Assembly (NCBI GenBank): GCA_004431415.1 | Contig: QPMI01000525.1 | Coordinates: forward strand, 38,187-102,186 | Direction of reading: 5' to 3' | Length of the DNA stretch: 64,000 bases | Source of the DNA: Cyanophora paradoxa CCMP329 | Taxonomy: Eukaryota; Plantae; Glaucophyta | Shown: positions 1 to 11,895 of the stretch, in pieces | Layout: each line of letters begins with the position of its first letter | Numbering within the stretch: the first letter of the stretch is position 1 | The notes under the pieces: generated by a model | Told to the model about the DNA's origin: nothing | What the model saw: only the letters and a program-made list of their open reading frames with translations | Databases searched by the model: none | Made by a program: the position numbers and the translations under genes

Positions 1-2286
1 GAGGAGGCCCCGTATGGCCTCCAGCCGCTTTTCCCAGCTGCAGGCCCCCGGGTCCCCCGGGTCCTCAAGCTCGTACCCCCCCTCCTCTTCCTCCTCCCCC
101 TCGCCCCGCCGCCGCCGCCCCCGCCTCTTCGGCTTCGGCTTGAAGTACTTGGCGAACAAGCGCGCGACCTCGTCCGGGCGGTGCACGAGCCGCAGGTCCA
201 GGGCCACATGGGGGGCGAGGGCCCTCAAAACCTGGCGGCCGCGCGCGGGCAGTGTGAGCAGGGGGCCGCGGCCCGGGGCGAGAGGCTTCGCTAAGAGTAG
301 TGTAGATATGAAGTAGCTGCGCTTCTATTGATGCTAAGCTTCGAGCGCGCTTAGTATTAAGATTCAATTGCAATAGATCTAGACCACTCTAATTATAAGC
401 CCGAGCTTCGCTAATCATGAGCTTCGAATTCCTAGGCTCGCTCAACTCATGCAGGATCGCACCTCGAAGGGGCGGAGGGGTGGGAGCCAGTGGGAGGCGT
501 ACGAGAAGGCGAGCCGCTCGAGGGACCCCAGCGCCAGAATCGCGCGCGCCTCTGCCGCGGAGAGCGGCCAAGCGGCGTCCAGGCTCAGGGACACGAGGCA
601 GCGCTGCACGCCGGGGCTCCGAAGGAACTCCGCGAGTCGCCCGGGGCCGAAACCGCTGCTACGGAGGTACATGCGGAGCCTTGCCGAGTCAGGCAGGCGG
701 GAGGCGAGGTCTGCCAGGGCCACAAGAGCCTCGTCGGAGTCTGTGCCGCTAGCTATAGAGGCTTCGAAGTCCACTTGGCACGCGGCGCGGGCGAGGGCGA
801 GCAGGCACGCCGGCGGCGAGTCGGCGAGCTGCGGTCGTGCAGAAGTCACAGTCAGCGCAGGACAGGCCAGGGTTAGGTAAAAACACGAGGCGCCTGCAGG
901 GTTTTGAGGGACTCCAGCCTCGGCATGCGGCCCAGGGCCAGAAAGTCGGCTTCCGAGATTCGAAACCCGGCAGGTTGGCGTTCGGCATATGCATGGTCCT
1001 GCGTCCTCGGAAATTCTCCATGCCTGCATGCACCGCTCCCTCTTAGCGCGATAGAAGCCAAAGAGGAAATCGAGGGGCGCAGATTAAAGAGATCTAGAGC
1101 ACACACCTGTAAAGGCGAGTCTCGTCGCCGGCGAATTCAATGCTTCGCAGGCTCGCGCCCGCGGCGCCGCCCGCAAGCGCCGACACGACGCCGGCGACGT
1201 CTCTGTCCTCCCACTCACGATCGGGCAGCCCGACCAGCGCAATGTGCTCGAGATGCGCCAGGGGCGCGAGGGCCGCCAGCGCCGCCGGCATCGACGAGCT
1301 CGAGCTCGAGTCTCGTGGATGTATGCTGAGGGAGCGGAGGAGGGGGCAGGCGGCGGCGACGGCCGCCGCGGCGTCCGGACCCAGCCCCCCGTCGATCGGA
1401 CCGAAGAAGATGTGGAGCGAGCGGAGCCGGCCGAAGGGGGCGAGAGCGGCCTGCAGCTTGGCGGCCCGGGGCCAGTTGAACCGATCTCCGCAGCTGCTGT
1501 ACTTTGCCATGGTGAACCCGATGCTGAGGCTCTCCAGACTGCTGGGCGCGCCGTCCGCCGCCGGCCGCAGCGCCCCAAGCACGCCGAGCAGGGACGCGCG
1601 CAGCATATTTAGAGGCGTCCGCCGGGAAGGGGAGTGGAAGCCAGTCCCGCCCATGAGCTCGACGATGACCCCCCGCAACTGCGCCGGGCCGCTGTGGCTT
1701 CGCGCGATCGCTCTAAGGATCCGGCACGCTGCGTCTACTGCCGCGCCCGCCGCGGGCGAATCCCCAGCGTACGCTGGGAGCTCCACCCGCAGCGAGACGC
1801 TGCCGCCGCGGCCGAGACGCAGCTTTCGATGCTCGAAGAGCGCCGACAGAAGCCTGGACAGCTGGCGGTCCCGCGGTCTCGAACTCGCGCTAGTGGTGCT
1901 TGAACTCGCTGCAGCTGCTGCTGCATCGCTATCGCTACCGCTGTCGCTTGTCCACGTCAATCTCCACCTTTCCCTGATCATGATCCACAGCTCTACGCTC
2001 GCCCACTCCATCTCCTCGACCACCTGCCGCCACCGCCTGCGGTTCGCTGCGTTCTTAGCCATGGCATATGCATGTGCATGCACTCGTTCAGCGCTCGACA
2101 TTGCAACGCGCACCTGCAGACGCCGCGCAGGGGCCAGCTCGCCTGCAAGCCGAGCGCCTTGAAGACATCGCTCATGACCGCGTCTGGCAGCGCATCGAAC
2201 GTCCGCGGCCGTGGTGGAGGCGCTGCTGCAGGGTCGTCGACGCGGGCCCGCTTCCTCGCGCGCCCAGCCGATTTCCGACCAGACAT
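1..2286 (-). CDS. F-box domain protein with C-terminal Leu-rich region (multi-exon; 3' end runs off the left edge)
   Basis: Removing intron 2037-2113 gives FDALPDAVMSDVFKALGLQASWPLRGVCRRWRQVVEEMEW, a typical F-box. Further exons 2036-1107, 1023-894, 828-~460 and ~290-1 are Leu-rich/LRR-like. Confidence 0.75.
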
Positions 2287-4347
2287 CGATATCGTAGGAC
2301 GCTCCGACTCGGCCCCTGGTGCCGGCAGATGTGGATCTCTGGATCACTTGGGATGCGATCCCATGCACTAGCCTGCAGCTCCCGCGGTCAGCAAGCGTCA
2401 AACCCGCCGCGCAGCCTCTCGAACCTTCTGCGGCAGCACTCCCGGAGTCCTGGTGCTCGATCCGCGGCCAACAACGCACTGGCGTTAACGTACCCCGGCT
2501 TAAACGCAGGGCCGTCGCAGGCCGGCCCGTCGCAGGGCCGTCGCCGGCCGCGGTTTTTGCGCAGGCCTGGCGGTCCTAATATGAATACGCTAAATGCGTG
2601 GGAGCGGATTTCTCATTCAGCCGGTGTTCTCACCAGCGCCGCGCGCGTCGCACCGCCCGCCGGTCAGCCAAGTCAGCGGCTTCGATAATTTCGCCCAGCT
2701 CTCGACGCGGCGAGACTCCGCCGCCACCTCCGTGCTTAGTGTGTGAGTACGGTGCGAGCTTCGCTCGCCTGCCTGGCCATACGGTTATATGGGGGCTGAC
2801 TGGAGCCGCAGGACCCGTTCCCGAGCGCGCGGCGCACGCGCGACTGCATCGATATCTGGTCGCGCCGCGCGCGTGCGCGTGCGGTCGGGCGCGGACGCGC
2901 CGCGGCGCACGCGCCTCTCTCGGGCGCTGCTGAGCTCGAGGGCGCCTCTGTCGTGCCGATCGCCGCTCTCTCTCGCGATCGCAGGAGCCGTACGTGTGCC
3001 CGGCCGCAGCGCGTTCGCGCTCGCCGAGTCGCCCGTGCACGTGGCGTAACCTTGCGAGCTTCTGACAGCTGCAGGCTCTCGCGGTCTTTAAGACTTTCAT
3101 GATCAAGTGTGCGCACCGACCGCGGACCCGCCTCACCCGGTGCCTCTCTGTGCAGGCGTCCTGTGTGGGCCCTTCGCGCCTCTGACCAGGCCCCAACCCA
3201 CACAGGTCAACCGCGGGCCGGGCCCCAGCCCCACACATCCGACCGCGGGCCAACCGCGCCTCGTCGCGCCCGTTCGAATGATGTGCAGCATGCCGCGGGA
3301 CGGGTGTGCGCGCACCCCCCTCCCCCCCTTCGAATTTTCCGCCCTATACCCCCCCCCCCAGGTCCTTCCCCCTGTAATACAGGACCGCAGCCCCAAGCGA
3401 TGCCTCCGCGCGAATCTCACGCCCCCGCAGCGCTGTGCAGATGCAACCTTCCGCCCCCTCTTTGGCATCGTATCCCGCCCCCCCCCCCCCCCCCTCCCCC
3501 CGCTTCTCTGGCATCTCCCGCCTTTCGGGTACGCGTCGCCTGCTCGCCCAGCGCCCCGCTCCATTCTCCCCTCCCCCGCCGGGGCCGCTTCCTGCCTCCG
3601 GCGAGCTTCACTATACAGAGTGCCGTGCACCGGGCTGGGTGGCGGAGAGGGACGGGGGTACGATGCGCGTTGCGGGCCCCGGTACCCCTCTGCGGCTCTG
3701 AGCCCCTGCCCCCCCTGCAGCGGAGCAGCCAAAGGCGTCGCTCGGGGCAGCGACGGCTCCGGCGCGGGGCAGGTCGCGTACCCCCCCCCCCACCCCAGCC
3801 CCCCCCCCCCTCCGGATCCCCCCCCTCCCCGAACCGAGCGAGCCTGCTGCGCGCTCCTAACCTCCTCGTATCGATATCCTTCTTGAGTCTTGACCCCTCC
3901 CCCAAATTCGAAGTTCCTCCCATCCCTTCGACTCTCGAGCTCCTCGCCCTCGACCCCCTACGCGTACCCCCGGCCGGTGCCCTCGCGATCGCTCCCACCC
4001 CGCCCTCCCTTTAGCTTCCGAGGGTAACGTTCAGGCACTGCGGCTTAAGTAGCTTCGCCGCCTGCAGCTGCCGCCCGCCCCCCATATATGCATCGCCGAG
4101 TCGATATCCCGCCGCTTATATAACACGAGTGCATCCTCCCCAGCGCTAGCCTGCAGCTGGCAGCCTCGGGCCTATAGCTATAGCTAGGCCTAGCTAGGCG
4201 CCGATCGCGAGGCCCGAGGCTACGATCGCGCGCGCGCGCGCAAGGCGCGTGCTATACTGAGGCTTTACTATGATAGCGTTTATACATGTAGCTATAGGCT
4301 CGCGCGCGCCGCGGCCGCGGCGCCGGGCGCCAGCGCTAGCTGCGCAT

Positions 4348-4373
4348 GCGCGCGCGCGCGCGCGCGCGCGCGC
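4348..4373. repeat. (GC)n dinucleotide tract, potential Z-DNA, ~150 bp upstream of the GBP-like gene
   Basis: Uninterrupted alternating GC run, with a shorter run at ~4227-4241. Confidence 0.8.
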
Positions 4374-4518
4374 ATATGCATGCACTGCGGCAGCTCAGCG
4401 GCTACCGCGCGCTGTGCAGGGCGGATCGCGCGCTTAACTCGAGGTAATTGGAAGGCGTCTAATGAAACTAGCGCTAGCTATAGCGCCGCGCATGCGAATC
4501 CCGGCGCCGTACGCGTAT

Positions 4519-7500
4519 ATGGCGGCGCGCGCTCAAACGGCGGTATGCGCCTGTGCAGCTGCGCGGTGTACATGAATGCGGATTCGAATGCAAAGCGAGC
4601 CTCGTATCGATATCGGTCTGCCTGCAGAACCCTCGTGTAGTCACCGTTGCGGATCTCGTGTACCCCATAAAGTCTCCGAAGTCTCCGCGCGCGAGAAGGA
4701 TGCCGGTAGCGGCACCTGTGCGGGGCGGCACAGCCGCCCCGCTGCTTGTGATCGATGGGGACAAGCTCGTGGTCCACGAAGAGGGCGTTACTCTGCTGTC
4801 GAAGGTAACGCTATGGCGCCCGGCGCTAGGCGGGGCCGCCTGTCCGGTACAAACGGCTCTGATTGTCCTACCGCACAGCTCGACACCGAGATTGCCGTGC
4901 TCAGCATCATCGGTTCGAAGGCCTCCGGCAAGTCGCTCCTGGCCAACTCGTTCTTCGAGACGTTTGACGGCAACCACTACGTGAGCGGCTCGTCCGGCAA
5001 ACCCCCGACCTACAAGGGCTTGTACGCGTCAGGTCGGCACGCCGCCGCCGCCGCCGCACTGCCGCCACCGGCCGGCACGGCGTTGACCCACGTGTGCGGC
5101 AGTCCACCGCATGGAGCCGAAAGCGGGGCAGCGGCCGATGAACGTGGTGCTTCTGGATGCTCAGGGAGTGGGCCAGGGCAAGGACCACAGCTCGCTCGAG
5201 GCGAAGCTCTTTACCATCGCGGCCCTCGTCAGTTCGTCGATCGTGTACAACGTGGCCGGCGAGTTGACGCTCGCGTCGCTCCAGCTGCTCATGTGCGCTC
5301 CCGCTTCCCGTCGGTCCCGCCTGACCGCCCGCCCGCCCGCCCGCCCGCGCCGCCGCCGCTAACCGCCGTGCCCAGCGACCGCCTACTGCCGCAGGGGCAC
5401 CTCGTCTCCTACCCGGACCGCGTGTCGACGCCGGTGAAGAGCGGGTCGCCGCAGGCGCGCGAGGCGGAGACGGAATCGGCGGACAGCGCCGCGCCGTTCT
5501 TCTTCTGGGCCGCCCGCGACAACCACGGCTCGTTCAAGGACAAGTCGGGCAAGCCCGTCGACGCGACGTGCGCCCATCGCTGCTTTCTTTCTCTTTCTTT
5601 CGCCCACGCCCGACCGCGCAGGCGCTACCTCGAAGACCTCCTCATCGGCGCCCAGAACAGCGCGCTCCTCGACGAGCTATTCTCGGTCCGCCCCTCCCCG
5701 CTCCCTTCGTCCTAGTCATATCAGCATTAGTTAGGTAGTATTGCTATGCTTAGTCGAAGTCTCGGTCCGCCCCGCCCCGCCCCGCTCCGCTCTTCTCTTC
5801 CCCGCCGCCCCGCCCCACCCGCTCTTCTCTTCCCCGCCGCCCCGCCCCGCCCCGCCCCGCTCTTCTCTTCCCCGCCGCCCCGCCCCGCCCCGCTCCTCTC
5901 TTCTCCGCCTCACTCTCCGCTCGGGCCCCGCTTGCCCCCTCCGTCTAGCTTACCTCTATCTTCCCCGCCCCGCTCCTCCTCTTTCTCTTCTCCGCCGTCC
6001 TAGAAGGTGGCACCAGCTCGCTCGCGCCCTGCGTGCCGCCTAGGCCAGCCTCCGCTGGCGCGCCAGCAGGCGGCGCCCCGCCCCGCTCGGCTCAGCCAAC
6101 ACTCCGCCGCGCCCCGCGCAGCGCGTCGAGTGCGTCTGCATCCCGCCGCCCGCGGCAACCTCCACCGAGGCACTGTCCCTCTCTTCCAAGCCGTACCCCT
6201 CCCTCCCCGCCTCCTTCCGCGCCCAGGTACCCCATCCTCCCTCCTCCTCCCCCTCTTCCTCTTCCTGAGGGGTACGGCGCAGATCGACATGCTCCGCCAG
6301 CGTACCCTCGCCTCGCTCCTCCCCAAGACCATCTGCGGCGGCCTCCTAAACGGACCCCGTCCGTTCCCACTTCCTTCCCCGTGTTTCGTCCTCCCCCGCT
6401 CAAGCATACCGTACCCCCCACCGCAGTGTTCGTGCGGCTGCTCCGGCACTACGCGGCGAGGGCCTCGACGGCCGCTTCCTCCTCCTCGTCCGACGGCGGC
6501 GCCGCCGGCAACGGGCGCGCCTCGGGATCCCAGGTGGGCCGCCGCCCTAAATCTAAGCGCTTCGTTCCTTCTGTCTCCCTTCCTCTCTGAGATCGGACAG
6601 GGCCTCCCGCCCCTCCCGGCCGCGTGGCGCGCGGCCGTCGACGCCGAGTTTGAGGACGCGGCGGCGGACTGCGCGGCGGCCTACCGGCAGCAGCTCACCG
6701 CCGAGCTCCAGGAGAAGCTCCCCGTCGAAGCTGGCGCGCCCCTCCTTTCCGTTCTTTCCTTTCCTATCCTCTTTTGATCCTCTTCTCCTCAGCCGAGATG
6801 AAGGAGATCCACCAGCGCTGCCGGGACGCGGCCCTCTCGGCGTTCGCGGCGAAGCCCGTGCCCGCCGGCGGCGACCGCACCGTCCACACCACGCGCCTCC
6901 GGGTGCGCTCGGCTCAGATTCCGCCCGATCTGAGCTAGCTTTCTGAGCGGGCCTCGCCTTGTCCCCCGGCAGGCCGAGCTCAAGCGGGCGTACCGCGAGA
7001 TCTGCGCCGCCTACGAGGAGGTTCGTTCGACCCCGTACCCTTCTTTCGAGTAGCCCTTTACCCCCGTACAAACGCCGCCGTACCCCCGCAGGTCTGCTAC
7101 GCGGAGTGCGTCGATTGCCTCAACGAGCTGTACGCCCCCATCGACGAGAAGGTTCGCGCACCCCCTCCTCCACTCGTGCCCGTCCTCGCAAATGACGCCG
7201 TACCCTTCCTTCCTCCCCCGCAGGTGGGCCAGGAGGCCTACACGACGCTGGAGGAGTACGACGTGGACCGCCGGGTGCGCCGCCGCGCGCAGGGACGCCT
7301 AGACCTGCCGGGTTCGAATCCCCGCGGCGCAGGTTGTTCTGGAGGAGTACATGCGCATCGCGCGGCGGCCCAAGCGCGAGGCGGTCGTCCTCGAGGCACT
7401 CCTCCCCAAGGTGCGGGGGGTACGGGTTCGGGGAGGGTACAGAGGAGGGAGGCCGACCGGGGGTACGCAGATCTACGAGTCGGTGGCGAAAGTGACGGAG

Positions 7501-8749
7501 AAGCAGCGGCGGGAGTGGGAGTCGGAGCGGACGGCGCTCCTCGAGCGCATCGACGAGCTCGAGCAGCTCCTCGTCGCCGTGCGTTGTACCCCCCCCCCGG
7601 CCCCCGGTCGTCGCCTCGTACCCCCCGCCCGACCCGCGCCTTCGTTCGCAGAAGAACCTCGGGGGTGAGGTGCCGCGCTCGACGCAGGTCTCGGGCCGCA
7701 TCTCGGAGCTGGTGAACCGCGAGAAGGAGCTCGCCGGGCGCGTCCGCGAGCTCTCCGAGGAGATCGCCCGCATGCAGGAGGCGCGCCGCCGTACCCCTCC
7801 CGAACTCCCCCCCCCTCCCCCCCCGCTCACGATCCGGGTGCAGGCGCACAGGGACGTGGTGGAGGGCATGGAGATCAAGTCGCGGGAGCGCGAGCGGTCC
7901 CTTCAGGCTCAGGTTCAGATGAGCGTCGAGCGCCTCATGGACGTCGAGCGCGAGTCCCTCCGGTACCCCCCTCCCCCTTCCCCCCCCCCTCTGTTCTGAG
8001 GCTCCCCGCAGGTCGCGGCTGCAGCACGAGGAGGAGCGGGCGCGGGCGGAGGAGGCGCTGGCGTCGGCGACGGCGGCGGCGGAGGAGGCGCAGAAGCAGC
8101 TCGCGACGGCGCAGCAGCGGGCGCTGGCCGCGTACACGGCCGACCTGCAGGCCGTCGAGAAGCGGCACAGGGACGAGCGGGAGGCGGCGGAGCGCGAGGG
8201 CGCCGCCAAGGTCGAGGGCCTCGTCAAGGAGCTCGGGGAGGAGCGGGCCGGGCGCCGCAAGGCCATCGAGACCGCCCGCCGGGAGGCCTTCGAGGACGCG
8301 CAGCGCCAGCTCGAGCAGGCGCGCGCGCGCGCCCGCCTTCTCCTTCCCTCTCCTCTCCTCTCTAACTCGCGGTCGCGCAGCTCTACGGGCGGCTCATCGA
8401 GGGCCTCACGAGCACGTGCGAGTCGGCGCGCGAGAAGGCGAACGCGGCATCGCTGCGGAGCATCCGGCCCTCGATGAGCACGAGCTCGGTGCCGGGGACG
8501 CCCTCGCTGTACCGGTCGCCCAGCACGTCGCAGCCGATCACGCCGCGCGAGGGCCCCAGCGTGCCGCCCCTCCCCCTCGCCGCCCTCGTCGCCCAGCAGC
8601 TCGCCGGCGTCGCCTCCCCCACCGCCCCCGCCTCCGCCCGCGGCTCGGGCCCCGGCCCGACCCCCCGCACCACCACCTCCGCCGCCGGCGGCGGCGCGCC
8701 CCCGGTCCTCGTTCCCCCTACCCCCCACTCGAGCGCCATCGTCTCGTGA
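4519..8749 (+). CDS. Guanylate-binding protein/atlastin-family large GTPase with C-terminal coiled coil (many short exons)
   Basis: Spliced motifs: IAVLSIIGSKASGKSLLAN (P-loop), PTYKGLY, VVLLDAQG (G3, usually DTEG), KLFTIAALVSSSIVYN, FFFWAARD, RQRTLASLLPKTICGGLLNG. A long Glu/Arg/Ala coiled coil follows. Start inferred as MAARAQTA at 4519; stop at 8749. Confidence 0.8.
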
Positions 8750-9077
8750 TCGACGGAGGCCGCGCCCGCCTCCCCCTCTACCCCCACGCCGCGCCCTCCC
8801 CAGTGCTTTCCGCTAGAGAATGAACGAAATGGAAGCTTGGTCCGCAGTCGACTCCACGCGGCATCGAGTCGATCAGGGACCCAGGGACGGGCCCGCGGCC
8901 GGAGACGAACCGATCCGCTTCTGCATATGCACAGCACAGGCCGCACAGCCCCGTCGTGGCCGGGAAGGACATCAACCACTTCTAGCTCGGTCGTGCAAAC
9001 GAAATCCATAATAACAGGCAAAAGTAACACGTACGGGCCTGCCTACAAGTCGGCCTATGCGAAAGCGGAATCGATCT

Positions 9078-11691
9078 CTAGCGGTGCAGAGGAGTGTGGT
9101 ACTGGTGCGCGCCATGCGCGGCGGCCGGGGCGAGCGGCTGCCCTATCGACGCAAGCAACTCCAGCATGTCCGCATCCACGCGCAGCTCGTTCACGGTACC
9201 CCCCTCCTCCGGGATGGGGTACGGGTCTTCGAGGGGGGGCGGCCCCTCCAGATGTTGAGGCGCCGGCGTCGCCTGCACCGAGGAGGAGGACGAGGCGGCC
9301 GCCGGCCCCGCCGGCTGGGGCCTGGGGTACGCCAGCTGGGAGGGCGTCGGTACCCCCCGCGGCGTGCTCGACGCGCTCTGCGTCTGCGACGGCTGCGCCC
9401 CCTCAGAAAAAGAAAGGGGAAAGGAAGGAACGGACGGGGGAGGACCTGGCGGCGGGGGGAGAGCTGGCCGCCGGAGGCCGCGGCGCGCTTCTCGAGGCCC
9501 ATGATGTACAGCCGCTCGTGGATCGGGGCGCTGTCCGCGCGCTGCAGGTTCTTCGAGTGCTCGTTGATCTCGGGCGTGAAGCGCTCTGCGGCGGGGGCGA
9601 GGAGCCGTCGTCATTGGGAGCGGCGGGGGCGGCGGCGGGGCCAAAGAGCTGGGAGCGCGTACCCCTCGCCTTCTGCTCCTCGAGCCTCTGCTGCCGCTTC
9701 TGCTGCTTGATGTGGTAGCTGGGAGGGGGAATGAGAAGGTCAGGGGGTACAGGGATTCCGTGCGGAGGGGGTACGTCGCGGCGCACTCGGCGAGCAGGCG
9801 GTCCTCCACCGGCAGTTCCTGGATCTCCTGCCCCCGGCTGGCGATCTAAAAAAGGCACCACGGGGTCGGCCCGTGGGGTACGGTGCGAGAAGGAAGGGGG
9901 TAGAAGCGCACCAGGCGCGACCGGTAGTTCAGGGAGGGCTTGAAGACGAGCGGCGCGGCCTCCTTTGCCTCCTTCTCGGCGCGCGCGCGCTCGATCTTTT
10001 GCTTGCGCTCCTCGTCCCACCGCTGCCAGTCCTTAGCTGTGCGCGCCATCTGCTTCGAGCGCGCCGAGATCATCTGCGAAGGCGCCGGCGCCGTGAGCGG
10101 AGAGCTGGGAGATTGATGCGCCCGCCGGTCGCACCGGCGCCGGCCGCAGCTCGCAGAGCTCCCGCTCCTCGCGCTCCCTCCTGAGCCGGTCCATGCGCTC
10201 GGCCGTCGAGCGGACGATCTCCTCGCGGAGAGAGTTGTGGTGCTCTGCCATCCGCCGGGACCGCGGGTTGATGCTCGGCGTCGGCTTCAGCTCCTTGACC
10301 TGCACGCCGCGTGAGAAGAAGGAGAAGAAGAGAGAGGGAGCCGGAGCGGGCGGAGCGGAGAGGGGCGGAGCGGGGCAGGCGGGGCGGGCGGGGAGGGCGG
10401 GGCGCGCGGCACCTCCTCCTCGTCCCGCTGCTTCCGCTGCTTCTCGAGGTGCGACTCCTTGCTCCGGGCGCTCCCGAGAAGCCTCGACGTGAGCTGCGTC
10501 ATCTGCACCTCCCCCAGCGTCTTGCTGTTCTTCGGGTTCAGCTTTTCTCTGAGGATCTCCACCTTGGCGCGGCTGCGCGCGCGCGCGGGAGTTCTCAGCG
10601 GGCGGGGCGCGCGGAAGCGGGGGCCGGGCCGCGGGCGGCGCTCACTAGCGCTCGCCCTCGGCGATGAGGCGATCGGCGACGTCGTTGCCGGCCTGGTGCG
10701 AGGAGCCGGAGTGGCTCCGCGCGGACGACGTGGGGCTCCTCGCCGTCGGCGGCGGCGAGCGCCACGCGCGGGACGGCGAGCCCATCGACTGACCGAGCAT
10801 CGCGCGCTGCGCCGTGAGGCTGCCTTTCCTGAGATTCGGGCTCCGCTTCGGAAGCTCGTCGACGCTCACGCGGATCCCGTTAACCTGCGCGCCGGGGTCG
10901 AGGGCGCTCGGAGAGACTGAACAGGGCGGGCGGCGTACATCGACGTGCTCGCGGTCGTCCCCGTCGTCGTCGTCGAAGCGATCCTCCTCCTTATCGTCGG
11001 GAAGGCCGTGGCTGATGCCGCGCATCTCGGGGACTGACTGGGCCACCGAGCTGCCCCGGGACCGCCGAAGAGATGCGCGTGGGCTGGGCGTTACCGCCGC
11101 TTCTACGGAGCTGCCGCTGGACGCCAGCGGCTTGCCGGGAGATGGCATTGCTAGCACCGAAAAGTCGATCGGCTTCGTAGGGGACTCCGCGCGGATCGGC
11201 GCTGGCGCGCTGGCTAGCGGAGGCGGAACGGCCGAAGTGAAGGGCGCAGGGCCCGGCTTGGAGGAGGGAAAGGAAGAAGAGGAAGACGTTGGCCGCAACT
11301 CAGAAGCCTCGTCGGGCGACCGCGGCCTTGGCCTCGCGCCCGGAAGGTCTTTCCCGATGAGTGGGCGGACGGCTTCCGGCGAAGACTGGCCGATTTCCGC
11401 CGAGATGCGAAGATCCCGTCCAGAAGTTGGACCAGAACTGATATCGCCGTCCGACATGTTGTGCTCCTTCATCATGCGGCTAATCTGCGAGGCGAAGTTC
11501 ATCGATAAGCGCGGCCTCTCTTCGAGCATCCAGCAATCAAGGCCCAACAGCCCAAACCTGCTTAGAGAGCTTCTCGATAATGCCGAAAGTGCTCGTAAGC
11601 GAAGAGGCCTGCTCGGTGGCGTCGAGCAGGCCCTGCTCCGTCTCGCCTGGGGCCCGCTGAGTGACCGGGAGCTCTTCTGCGTGCTCGCCAT
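9078..11691 (-). CDS. Low-complexity/coiled-coil protein with repeated F/TxPxI/LN motifs (putatively cytoskeleton-associated); function unknown
   Basis: Long first exon MASTQKSSRS..., then exons with KPTPSINPRSRRM, ISARSKQM, FKPSLNYRSR and FTPEINEHSK...IHERLY, separated by GT/GC-AG introns. Confidence 0.6.
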
Positions 11692-11895
11692 GCGGCTGGT
11701 ATCTCGCTGGACCTCGGCCGTTCGCGTGCAGGGCTCGGTCGGAGTCGGGGTGAGGAAACGACGAACGCGAGCGCATCGCTGCCGGGGAACGCAGCCGACT
11801 GCTTTCCCGCGCCCGCGTCGAAGGATTCGCAGCCGATCGGAGCCCGCCCGCGATGTTCGCAAACTGTTGCCCGGGTACACGATCGCCGTCAAGGG

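Noticed and set aside
3874-3881. Second ATATCCTT (U12-like donor)
   Set aside because: Not inside a supportable gene, and no protein motif is restored by splicing.
2600-4014. Overlapping Pro-rich ORFs of 200-300 aa
   Set aside because: Produced by poly-C tracts; no recognisable domain or coherent exon structure.
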